Source: a virus
DNA length: 64,000 bases
Strand: one strand, 5' to 3'
IMG/VR virus record: IMGVR_UViG_3300030329_001736
Coordinates: 36,093-100,092 of that record
Numbering within the stretch: the first letter of the stretch is position 1; each line of letters opens with the position of its first letter. A program made the translations under genes and the position numbers. This document shows, one piece after another, positions 27,880 through 36,258 of the stretch. Below the pieces are notes generated by a model, which saw nothing but the letters and a program-made list of their open reading frames with translations, searched no databases and was not told the DNA's origin.

Positions 27880-28632
27880 TTATTGTGCCATCTCCTCATA
27901 TAATTCTGTCCACTCTCTAGCATACTGCTCATCTACTTTTCTTTTAGGTTCCCACGTTCTGAACAAGGGACCGCCAGTAGTAAAGTGAACGCACTTAGGT
28001 TCAATATCAGGAGAAGAATGATCATCAAGCCAGTTCCATTCTTCGTTTATGCTTCCTATGTCCTCACTGTCACACCAATGAAATCCGTGTAGCCATGTAC
28101 CTGATTTAATATTAACATCTGATATAGTTAGTTCTGTCTTCAGCCAAGGGTGAGAACAGTTCCAGAACATAAAGCTAGACCAGTTCTTTCTTGGGTATAC
28201 CTGTTGTACTCTACCATCCATCTTAGTCTTAGCTTTAGGATAGTGCTTATGCTTCACACAACTAACTACTTTGTTAGTATCTTTATGTGAATTAAAAATT
28301 TCTAAGATGTCTGACCTGACAAACATATCGCAGTCCATGAAGATAGCATGACCTTGATGTAAGTTCAAGAAAGGAACAAGAAACCTAGAAAAACTAAAGT
28401 CAGTAGAGAAAGGTTTCCTATCAAAGATATCTACATGTTTACCTTCATCAAGGATTTTACCTCTACGATAAAGACCAGACAACCTCACACTATCTTGCAT
28501 CAAAGGTACAATATTAACAGGACCGGATGCATGTTTTAAAATGCTATACTTCAGTACATTGTAATAAGGTTCTTCTCTTGAATCATATCCAATGTAGACA
28601 GTAGGCATACGACTAATATCGCTATCCATCAT
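27880..28632 (-). CDS. GT-A fold glycosyltransferase (GT8-like)
   Basis: VYIGYDSRE, STDFSFSRFLVP, FMDCDM, YPRKNWSS, EWNWL, VHFTTGGP. Confidence 0.85.
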   Translation of the reverse strand: MMDSDISRMPTVYIGYDSREEPYYNVLKYSILKHASGPVNIVPLMQDSVRLSGLYRRGKILDEGKHVDIFDRKPFSTDFSFSRFLVPFLNLHQGHAIFMDCDMFVRSDILEIFNSHKDTNKVVSCVKHKHYPKAKTKMDGRVQQVYPRKNWSSFMFWNCSHPWLKTELTISDVNIKSGTWLHGFHWCDSEDIGSINEEWNWLDDHSSPDIEPKCVHFTTGGPLFRTWEPKRKVDEQYAREWTELYEEMAQ

Positions 28633-28660
28633 TATTATTATTATCTCCTTTCGTGCCTAT

Positions 28661-28697
28661 AAAAAGATAGAGGGCAGCACCCCAACCGCCCCCTATC
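28661..28697 (-). terminator. Intrinsic terminator in the leader of the glycosyltransferase-lysis-terS genes
   Basis: GATAGGGGGCGG-loop-CTGCCCTCTATC followed by TTTTT on the minus strand. Confidence 0.75.
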
Positions 28698-28725
28698 CTA
28701 CAGCCTAACGTACTTCCGACTAACG
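28661..28725 (-). ncRNA. Putative ~60-65 nt small RNA or attenuated leader
   Basis: Bounded by a near-consensus promoter and an intrinsic terminator; no ORF. Confidence 0.5.
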
Positions 28726-28730
28726 ACTGA

Positions 28731-28759
28731 ATCATACACTACTAATTAAGTAATGTCAA
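28731..28759 (-). promoter_or_regulatory. sigma70-type promoter
   Basis: TTGACA-17 nt-TATGAT on the minus strand. Confidence 0.8.
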
Positions 28760-28781
28760 GCATTGATTTGTATGGCATTAT

Positions 28782-29198
28782 CTATTTTATTGTAATTAAT
28801 TTAGGCTTTTCTTCTTCAGGAATAATTTCTTTTAATGTGACAGTGAGAAGACCGTCTTTTAAAGCAGCGTCTGTCACTTCCATAGCGTCAGATAAAGAGA
28901 ATGACTTACGGAATTTACGCGCAGCAATTCCTGTTACTATATAATTTTTAGTATCATCACCATATCTATTTCCAACAATAGTAAGTATGTTATCCTTCAA
29001 CTCAATTGTAATATTTTCTTTTGAGTATCCAGCAACAGCTAGTGTCAGCCTATAAATATTACCATTTTTTTCCAGATCATGTGGTGGGAATGAGCCAACA
29101 TTACTTGGTACTCGTTTAAATAAATCTTCAAAGGTAAATCCTAACATATAATCTGGAAGTGTTTTGGAATTTTTATTGATATAATCTATAAAGTTCAT
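28782..29198 (-). CDS. hsp20: Small heat-shock protein (Hsp20 / IbpA family)
   Basis: FPPHDLEK, LAVAGYS, GIAARKFRKSFSL, ALKDGLLTV, C-terminal ITI motif. Start moved to the ATG after AAGGAG (29198). Confidence 0.92.
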   Translation of the reverse strand: MNFIDYINKNSKTLPDYMLGFTFEDLFKRVPSNVGSFPPHDLEKNGNIYRLTLAVAGYSKENITIELKDNILTIVGNRYGDDTKNYIVTGIAARKFRKSFSLSDAMEVTDAALKDGLLTVTLKEIIPEEEKPKLITIK

Positions 29199-29250
29199 TT
29201 CTGTCTCCTTCATTAAGCAAGTTAATTAAGTACACCACTATGGTCGTACT
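29199..29250 (-). promoter_or_regulatory. ROSE-like RNA thermometer in the hsp20 5' UTR
   Basis: Hairpin 1 AGUACGACCA-UAG-UGGUGUACU; hairpin 2 pairs CUUGCU with the SD AGGAG around a bulged G. Confidence 0.7.
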
Positions 29251-29256
29251 ATTTAT

Positions 29257-29285
29257 ATGCTACTATAAGATGTAATAGTTGTCAA
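29257..29285 (-). promoter_or_regulatory. sigma70-type promoter for hsp20
   Basis: TTGACA-17 nt-TAGCAT. Confidence 0.65.
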
Positions 29286-29304
29286 GTAAAAAGATAATAA
29301 AGCG

Positions 29305-30990
29305 TTACACGCCGCAACTACCACCATGACCAGTGATATCACAGATATCGTGTGTCTCTAGGCTCTCTTCAAACTCTTCGCCTAACTTGGTCACTGCTTC
29401 TTCGTAAGGTACACTAGTTAAGGGTTGTCCGCCTCTGCAAGAATCGGGATAGACAGTAAAGCCTCGCAATCTGTGAGCATAAGAAGCAAGAGTGTTAGCA
29501 AAGTCATCTACTGTATCAGGATTGTTAAGCTTGCTACCCCATGATGGTAGGTTAATAGTAGAAGATATGGACATATCTACATAGTCTTGAACGTCTGCTT
29601 GAAACTTCATTCGACGTTCGTAATCTTCAGCAAGATCAAGAGCAGACTCAATCTTATCTGGAGCAGCACCATACAGATCAATCAACTCTTGTGCTGCACT
29701 ATCTACAACGTACTGATAATGCCAACGTGTACCACCTTTAAGATACCTACGCTTGTAAGCAACAGCGAAGATAGGCTCAACACCAGTAGATGTACCAGCA
29801 AGAATACCAATACTTCCTGTTGGTGCGATAGCCCTGTTAGCTACTGGTCTACTGATACTCATCTTATCGGCAGTCTCTCTCGATACCTTGTCGCTTTCTC
29901 CTTTGTAAACTCCTAACCATCTATGAAGTTCTTCTGTCACTTCGTACTTAGAACCCTTCTTGATGAGCCATTCATGCATACCCATCAAGCCAAGACCAAG
30001 ACGCCTGTTCTTTTCCCTGACAGAGTATACTTTATTATAGGGCAGCTTTGCTTTTAAAGTACCACAGATAAGAAACTTTGTAGCCAATCGTACAATATCT
30101 CTAAACTCACTAAGAGTGTCAATCCTACCCAAGTTAATGCTGCCAAGATTGCACACATCCGAGTCTGTATCGCTGCAGACTTCGGTACAAGCGTTGCGTA
30201 GAGTTTCGCTTTCCTTGTCAAAGAAGTTAAAACTAAAGCCCGGTTCTGCTGTTGATAGAGCTTGCCGTACATTATCCCGAAAGACATCTCCTACATCTCC
30301 TGTATCCCAATAGTTAAGTAACCATTCAGTATCATAATTAACACTAATGTTTGTCATGTCAAGAGGCGCTACAAAATTAAAGTCCTGTTCTTTAATCTGA
30401 CCTAGACTGTACTCTGTATTCCCTACCTTCATGTCATACCAGTTCTTACTGATCAAGAACTTGGGAATGTCTGAATGTTTCCAGTTCAGGCTGGCATATA
30501 TAGCTGACCTTCTGCTTCCACCCTGCATAACCCTTCGACCAATCTCATTGATCATCTGCATCTTAGGGATAGGACCAGAAGCCAGACCACCAGTACCAGA
30601 AAGAACTCTTCCTTCTTCTCTGTACACAGAATAGTCTGCACCAATACCACCACCTGTCATCAGGCATGACTCTGCTTTCCAAGAAAGGTTGGCCCAATCT
30701 TCGCGAGTATCTTCTTCAGCTTTGAGCAAGTAACAATTGTTAAAGAACTTGTTGGGTCTACCTGCATAATACAGATAGCGACCACCGGGAATAAATTTAA
30801 GATCAGTAATATATTCTTTTAGCTGGTCTTGTTCGTCATTGGTTAGTTGAACACCACATACATCCTCTACTAGAGTGGATGCTAGGCTTGCCCATGTTTC
30901 GCAACCTTGATGGGCATACTTGTGTTTGAAAATATCTTCAGAAAATTTAGAGCGAAACATAGGGTTTTCGTTAGATCGGAACGTAGGCAT
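29305..30990 (-). CDS. nrdJ: Class II (adenosylcobalamin-dependent) ribonucleotide reductase
   Basis: FIPGGRYL, NNCY, GGSRRSA, NACTE, CNLGSINL, RRLGLG, IAPTGS; no beta-subunit gene present. Confidence 0.88.
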   Translation of the reverse strand: MPTFRSNENPMFRSKFSEDIFKHKYAHQGCETWASLASTLVEDVCGVQLTNDEQDQLKEYITDLKFIPGGRYLYYAGRPNKFFNNCYLLKAEEDTREDWANLSWKAESCLMTGGGIGADYSVYREEGRVLSGTGGLASGPIPKMQMINEIGRRVMQGGSRRSAIYASLNWKHSDIPKFLISKNWYDMKVGNTEYSLGQIKEQDFNFVAPLDMTNISVNYDTEWLLNYWDTGDVGDVFRDNVRQALSTAEPGFSFNFFDKESETLRNACTEVCSDTDSDVCNLGSINLGRIDTLSEFRDIVRLATKFLICGTLKAKLPYNKVYSVREKNRRLGLGLMGMHEWLIKKGSKYEVTEELHRWLGVYKGESDKVSRETADKMSISRPVANRAIAPTGSIGILAGTSTGVEPIFAVAYKRRYLKGGTRWHYQYVVDSAAQELIDLYGAAPDKIESALDLAEDYERRMKFQADVQDYVDMSISSTINLPSWGSKLNNPDTVDDFANTLASYAHRLRGFTVYPDSCRGGQPLTSVPYEEAVTKLGEEFEESLETHDICDITGHGGSCGV

Positions 30991-30995
30991 TTAGT

Positions 30996-31277
30996 TTAGT
31001 CTCCCTTTATAATATGATCGTGAGCGTACAGCATGAGTAAAGCGTAGTGTATCATCTTTGTTATGTCCTGTCTATTCCTTCCTCCTTTCTTTCCGTACCT
31101 CTTCCAGTATTTTAAAATATTACCCATAAGAAATCCTTCAGCATAACCGCTATCAAAAATAACTTCAGAGGCTTGGTGTTTTCCTTTAGCGTAGTGTTGT
31201 GTATATGTTTCTTGGATGTACTGATGAAGCTCATCTAGATAAGTATCTTCATCAAACTTAAAAGTAGGTAACGACAT
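30996..31277 (-). CDS. DUF3310 / T7 gp1.7-like nucleotide kinase domain protein
   Basis: HY...GFLMGNILKYWKRYGKKGG..QDITKMIHY. Confidence 0.75.
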   Translation of the reverse strand: MSLPTFKFDEDTYLDELHQYIQETYTQHYAKGKHQASEVIFDSGYAEGFLMGNILKYWKRYGKKGGRNRQDITKMIHYALLMLYAHDHIIKGD

Positions 31278-31287
31278 TCTAACTTCC

Positions 31288-31665
31288 TTATTTAAAAGAT
31301 ATGACAGTATTGATTCTCTTCCTTACATAATCTATTTCTTTAGACTCAATAACCTTATAGGCGAATGACCTAGCATAGTCAATATCTATTCCAGCTAAGT
31401 CACATACAGTTCCAAAGTCTTCTGCTGTAACGCCAACAGATGCAGTGAACCATGCTTTAGCACTGTCTCTTGCTAACCTAGCTTCGTTGGACTCTCGTTG
31501 TTCCTCTGGCTTGGTAGCATCTAAAATTGCTTGGAGAATTACAGTTAGAAAAAGAACTTGTTCTGGGGCTGTCTTCCTTGTTTCTATTAACTGTTCCACC
31601 TCAACTATAAAGTCATTACCAATCTCTATGCTATTCACCATACAACCATTCTTCTGGAATACCAT
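31288..31665 (-). CDS. Conserved hypothetical phage protein (true start may be downstream)
   Basis: EQVLFLTVILQAILDA...AKAWF...DFGTVCDLAG motif. Confidence 0.55.
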   Translation of the reverse strand: MVFQKNGCMVNSIEIGNDFIVEVEQLIETRKTAPEQVLFLTVILQAILDATKPEEQRESNEARLARDSAKAWFTASVGVTAEDFGTVCDLAGIDIDYARSFAYKVIESKEIDYVRKRINTVISFK

Positions 31666-32014
31666 CCTTTAAATCACAAAATAAAAAATCATTCTTGGTA
31701 CACCAGTCAGCGTAAGAAGTCTTTGACCCTTTATATATCTTGTTCTTAGAGTTAGTAAAGACAAACCTAACATCTGCTTCAGGATTGCTCTCTCTTAGAA
31801 AGAGATGCTTCTTCCTGTCTTCTCTGGTAAACCTTCCCTTAACTTCCAGAATAATACCTGTATCATCAAGAACAAAATCAGGCAAGTACTTTTTATGTTC
31901 GATCCACATGTAAGGAATATAGTGTGGCTCAAAGTCAAACCCAACATCTTTACTGGTTAGATATTCAGCAGCGGTTCTCTCTGCTCCTGATCTGAATCTA
32001 TAGTTCTGGGACAT
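31631..32014 (-). CDS. T7 gp3-like endonuclease I (Holliday junction resolvase)
   Basis: FRSGAE, YLPDF, EVKGRF, DRKKHL, SYADWC. Confidence 0.9.
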   Translation of the reverse strand: MSQNYRFRSGAERTAAEYLTSKDVGFDFEPHYIPYMWIEHKKYLPDFVLDDTGIILEVKGRFTREDRKKHLFLRESNPEADVRFVFTNSKNKIYKGSKTSYADWCTKNDFLFCDLKDGIPEEWLYGE

Positions 32015-32882
32015 TGGGCGTCTTACCTACTTCAGTAAGATACTTTACATTGGTTGAGTACTGGAACGCTCGTAGTCCTTGTCCGTTGTTGGCATCATTC
32101 CAACAATCAAACTTATAAGAACAATACACACACCCGGTATCAAGCTTACGATTGCCAGAAGCACCATCAGGAACATCATCATAACAACGATCAGGTGGAT
32201 TCCTATCGTTGATAGCTTGTCTAATATTGTCGATACGAGATTCTGCATTGATCATTTCCATGTGATGTACTGGGCAATATGTAATCTCTCCTGTCGTTTT
32301 ATCTATGACTACAAAGCCAGCTTCCTTTGCGTCATTAGCTTGAGCATAAGCAGATAGCTGGGAGATGTAACCGAAAGGATCATCTTGGAATATCTTTCCG
32401 CTTTGAAATTTCTTAAAAGAAAAACTAGATGCACTCTTAAAGTCTACCAGTACATCATCAACCTTACCATCTTGATGACCAACTACATTGTTAACCACTA
32501 ATTCTTTTTGTCTTTCTGTTACGCTATGCCCTGCAGTTTTGGAAAGAAAGACAAGCAAACATTCTAAGATATCTCCATAAAGAAACTTGATATAGTCTGA
32601 ACCAGATAGGCCATTCTCTTTGTCTTCTTCTTTATTGGACGGGTTGTTATATTTAGCATTAAGAGAATACCATATCTTCCTGTCTGGTTGTCCTATCATA
32701 GACAGTCTTAGATTTCTGCTTGGCTTCCTTTCCTCACTGATAGCAGAGACAACACATTCAGTAACATCTGCTGCTAGTTCCTTTAAATCTTCAGCAGATA
32801 TCGTAGCTTTCTTATTAGTAAAGAGACTATAAATATCCTCTACTAAAGTATCTATTGTTTTCTTTTGCGCTGTCCCTGCCAT
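31998..32882 (-). CDS. PD-(D/E)XK Cas4/RecB-like exonuclease
   Basis: LRLSMIG, GHQDG..VDFKSAS, YISQLSAYA, CVYCSYKFDCW. Confidence 0.8.
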   Translation of the reverse strand: MAGTAQKKTIDTLVEDIYSLFTNKKATISAEDLKELAADVTECVVSAISEERKPSRNLRLSMIGQPDRKIWYSLNAKYNNPSNKEEDKENGLSGSDYIKFLYGDILECLLVFLSKTAGHSVTERQKELVVNNVVGHQDGKVDDVLVDFKSASSFSFKKFQSGKIFQDDPFGYISQLSAYAQANDAKEAGFVVIDKTTGEITYCPVHHMEMINAESRIDNIRQAINDRNPPDRCYDDVPDGASGNRKLDTGCVYCSYKFDCWNDANNGQGLRAFQYSTNVKYLTEVGKTPNVPEL

Positions 32883-32890
32883 AGCTGTAC

Positions 32891-33118
32891 CTACGCAGCC
32901 TGTTTTGTAGGTAGCGGCTCACTGACAAGACGATAACGAGTATAGCTCTTACCCTCTGGCGTCTTAGCAGAGATAGCTTCGATAACGTAACCCTTCTTAC
33001 GCAACTTAGAGATCGCAGCAGTTACATTCTCTGCCCAACCATTTTCAATTGCAGTCTTTCTTGTAACTCGCATACGCTTACGCAGTGCAGTAAGAAGTTT
33101 GTTCTGTCCACTTCGCAT
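32891..33118 (-). CDS. Small winged-helix DNA-binding protein
   Basis: VTAAISKLRKKGYVIE...YRL pattern; strong RBS. Confidence 0.7.
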   Translation of the reverse strand: MRSGQNKLLTALRKRMRVTRKTAIENGWAENVTAAISKLRKKGYVIEAISAKTPEGKSYTRYRLVSEPLPTKQAA

Positions 33119-33135
33119 TAATTTATCCTTTCTAT

Positions 33136-33225
33136 AGTGTGCAGTATCCTATATCCGACAGTCCCTCTCCACTCCTGTCAGACAGTTTTGTTGCCCCATA
33201 TCTTAATAGCAACCCCGTGTACACC
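33136..33225 (-). ncRNA. Putative structured intergenic RNA (three-way junction)
   Basis: Stems GGUGUACA/UGCACACU, GUUGCU/GGCAAC and UCUGACAG/CUGUCGGA. Confidence 0.4.
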
Positions 33226-33232
33226 TTATTAA

Positions 33233-33718
33233 CTAAAAGGGTACTGCTTCTTCTTGCTGTTGATTGGAGGACGATGATGGCTTGACTACATAACCATCAT
33301 CAATGGATTCAAAGTCATTACTGTTTCCATAAGGAACAAGATCAACAACCTGTACAGCCATCAGGTCTGCACCTACACCAGACTTACCTGCATAAGTCCA
33401 ATCGTATGTAGAGAACTTAACATTGACCTGACTGCCGTTACCAATAAGCTGGTCATTCCAGTTATTATTGGCAGAGTCTTTGACGGTAGGAGCAGGACGC
33501 TCATCACCGTTCTTCTTATAAAGCTTACGCTTGATGGTGACAAAATCATTGCGACCATCACCCTTGTTCTTGATAGTTAAACCAAGACCTTCTACTGTAC
33601 TCTTAGTGTCGTCGTCCAACTCAAGATCAATTGAGTATACTGGTTCGTAGGTAGTGTTAGGAGCGAGGACGCTTGCCCAATGTGCCTTACCAGAAATAAT
33701 GTGGACGTTATTAGCCAT
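33233..33718 (-). CDS. ssb: Single-stranded DNA-binding protein (T7 gp2.5-like)
   Basis: LIGNGSQVNVK, DLMAVQVVDLV, acidic tail ending in PF. Start moved to MANNV. Confidence 0.85.
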   Translation of the reverse strand: MANNVHIISGKAHWASVLAPNTTYEPVYSIDLELDDDTKSTVEGLGLTIKNKGDGRNDFVTIKRKLYKKNGDERPAPTVKDSANNNWNDQLIGNGSQVNVKFSTYDWTYAGKSGVGADLMAVQVVDLVPYGNSNDFESIDDGYVVKPSSSSNQQQEEAVPF

Positions 33719-33773
33719 GTGTAAAACCTTTCTTTGTGTAGGCCGCACCATGCAACCTTTCTCTAGTTTCCGA

Positions 33774-33802
33774 ATTATGCACTATTACGAATGCTAAGTC
33801 AA
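33774..33802 (-). promoter_or_regulatory. sigma70-type promoter for ssb
   Basis: TTGACT-17 nt-CATAAT. Confidence 0.7.
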
Positions 33803-33821
33803 GCACTCTTTAGAATATTTT

Positions 33822-34394
33822 TTATTTTTCTTTTGATTGGTTGATAACATCTTGGAACATAAGATCATTTATATTTTTCAAGGAGGAAATCTTCAGGTTG
33901 TAACAGTCACTCTTTACTATATAACCGTTGGATTTATCTCTGGTTCCCTTCTCCATAAAGATACTATCTTTAAGGTACTGATCCTTATCATAATAACCTA
34001 GTATCCAACCAACAGAAAAATCATTTTTAACTCTACAGAAAATATAGTAATCGCACTGCTGCTTAGTATTCCAGTTGGATATAGAACAATCATAGTCTAG
34101 CTTTGGTTTGACTGATGTCCTTTTTGTTTTAACATCAACAGTCTTACCATCAGAAAGAACTATGTCATAGTCGTAGGTAGATTCAATAGGACGATTGAGA
34201 TATTTAGATACTATCAGTTCACCCATAGCACCATAGATATTTCCTGCACCTTTCGTAAAAGAACCTTTGAGTACTCCCATACCTTTAGACATTCTTGTAG
34301 CTTCAGCAGCTATGTCTTCAGTGATTTCCAGTTCCTTTATCAGTGCGTCTGCGCCCAAGTCTTTCCTATCTTGTACTCGCTTCCTAGTGGGCAT
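33822..34394 (-). CDS. PD-(D/E)XK restriction-endonuclease-like protein (start uncertain)
   Basis: GAMGELIV...YDIV...VDVKTK catalytic pattern. Confidence 0.6.
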   Translation of the reverse strand: MPTRKRVQDRKDLGADALIKELEITEDIAAEATRMSKGMGVLKGSFTKGAGNIYGAMGELIVSKYLNRPIESTYDYDIVLSDGKTVDVKTKRTSVKPKLDYDCSISNWNTKQQCDYYIFCRVKNDFSVGWILGYYDKDQYLKDSIFMEKGTRDKSNGYIVKSDCYNLKISSLKNINDLMFQDVINQSKEK

Positions 34395-36064
34395 AGTACT
34401 TTTAAATCCTTTTCTGTTTGTTTCATTGCTTTCTTTGTTAGTTCTCCAAACAATTCAGCATGTGGATTGTATACCTCATGTTGGTATTCGTCATGTATAG
34501 ATGCTACAAGAGATGCTTTAACCTTCCTTTCTTTATAGAGTTTATTAATATTAATTAACCACTGCTTACATATAACTGCACCAGCACCTTGAATAAGTAA
34601 GTTAACAGCAGCGTGTCTATTCCTTATCATCAGGTGCCTGCCATCTAAGCCGACAAGGTAGCCTCTTTGACTAGCCCTGTCAACCCTCTCTCTGAATATT
34701 TTTAGAGAAGGTGTATTAGACAGAAAGGAATCAATCAACTCCTGTCCTTTCTTTGCATCACCACCTACTACCTGACCTATCTTAGCTGCGCCAGCACCGT
34801 AGATGAATGCATAGATGAATGTCTTTGCTTGATCGCGTGTATCTAATCCAGCAGCCTTTTGATTTGCTGTATGTATGTCACCATCTACTACCTCATCAGT
34901 AAACTTCTTGTCACTGAGATAGTGTGCTAATGCCCTTAACTCAAGAGAACTAGCATCACAACCAACAAGAACATTACTGCTGTTGGAAACTGTCCAGCAA
35001 TCCCTACACTCTTTACCATAAGGTGAGTAGACTGCAGGAACTTGAGCCATGTTTGGTGAATGATGCGCCATCCTTCCAGATATAGCTCGTAAGGTGAGTA
35101 CTTGTCCATGAACTTTCCCATCTTCTTTCGTTGCTTCTAACCAAGACTTCACTTGTGCTATACGTTTCTTTAGCGTAAGATACTCTGCAATCATCTGTGC
35201 TTCAGGTATATCTACATTCTTCAGGACACTCTCATCTACAATAGCGTGTCCCTTCTCTGTAAACTTATCTGGTTCCCATCCACACCTCTTCAGCCTTTCA
35301 ACAATCTGCTGACGCGAGGCAAGGTTGAAGGTTTGGTACTCAATGGATGTATGGACTCCTGCGACTGTGGTGTAATCTTGTATGTGACGAAGCCCAACGG
35401 TAGATAGGCTCCCATCTTTCTTATAACGTGGCGTAATTTCTTTGACTGCAACAGGTATCGGTATAAACGTATTCTGTACAGCCTGTTCAAGATGATCCGA
35501 TTTATCTTGTAACTTAGCAATAAGGCTTGTAGCTTTTTGTATGTCGAGGGCAAATCCGTTCCTTTCTTGTTGATCAATTAAAGCTCTGATTTTATATTCT
35601 AATTCAATAGAATCTCTGCTTATGTTTTTAATATCTGGTTGAAGAGTAATCCATACTCGTTCAGTCAAGTCAACGTCACGCTTGCAATACTCTATCATCT
35701 CGTCTGATACACCAGAAGAAAAGTCATTGAACTCTATCTTAGAGAAGTTCAGCCGCTCACCCCAAGCGTTCAAGGAATGTCCCTTATCTCTTGATGGGTT
35801 TGTTAACTGGGATAATATTAAAGTATCTTCTAATTGAGATAGAGTTATCCTTGTGCCTAGTAGTTTATTAAGAACTGGTGCGTCAAAAGATATACCGTTG
35901 TGCATTATAAACTTGTCTACTTTACTACAGAATAGAGGGAAGTCAGTGTAGCACTCCTGTTCTTTCCAAGAGTATACCTTACCTGTCTGTCTGTCTTTAG
36001 CTACGATACAATGTACAACGGTAGCATCTAAACTATCTGTCTCAATATCTAATACAACTATCAT
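34340..36064 (-). CDS. polA: Family A DNA polymerase (T7 gp5-like) with 3'-5' exonuclease
   Basis: LDIETD, HNGISFD, YCKRDV; DASSLELR; RDQAKTFIYAFIYGAG; IHDE. Confidence 0.96.
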   Translation of the reverse strand: MIVVLDIETDSLDATVVHCIVAKDRQTGKVYSWKEQECYTDFPLFCSKVDKFIMHNGISFDAPVLNKLLGTRITLSQLEDTLILSQLTNPSRDKGHSLNAWGERLNFSKIEFNDFSSGVSDEMIEYCKRDVDLTERVWITLQPDIKNISRDSIELEYKIRALIDQQERNGFALDIQKATSLIAKLQDKSDHLEQAVQNTFIPIPVAVKEITPRYKKDGSLSTVGLRHIQDYTTVAGVHTSIEYQTFNLASRQQIVERLKRCGWEPDKFTEKGHAIVDESVLKNVDIPEAQMIAEYLTLKKRIAQVKSWLEATKEDGKVHGQVLTLRAISGRMAHHSPNMAQVPAVYSPYGKECRDCWTVSNSSNVLVGCDASSLELRALAHYLSDKKFTDEVVDGDIHTANQKAAGLDTRDQAKTFIYAFIYGAGAAKIGQVVGGDAKKGQELIDSFLSNTPSLKIFRERVDRASQRGYLVGLDGRHLMIRNRHAAVNLLIQGAGAVICKQWLININKLYKERKVKASLVASIHDEYQHEVYNPHAELFGELTKKAMKQTEKDLKVLCPLGSEYKIGKTWAQTH

Positions 36065-36258
36065 TTACCTTCCAATAAAGATACTAATTCAAAGTCACAT
36101 ACAGGACAGAAACCTATTTCAATATCTTCTAAGTATAGTACAGCGTCACAGTTTGTGCATTGTTGATACTCCTTATCGTCAAAGCCATCGTCATGTTGGT
36201 ACTCGTAGTCAGGGTTTAACCATGAAGGATGTATACTATACTTCGACATTCTTTTCAA
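36061..36258 (-). CDS. Small zinc-ribbon protein
   Basis: CTNC...CPVC. Confidence 0.55.
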   Translation of the reverse strand: MKRMSKYSIHPSWLNPDYEYQHDDGFDDKEYQQCTNCDAVLYLEDIEIGFCPVCDFELVSLLEGK

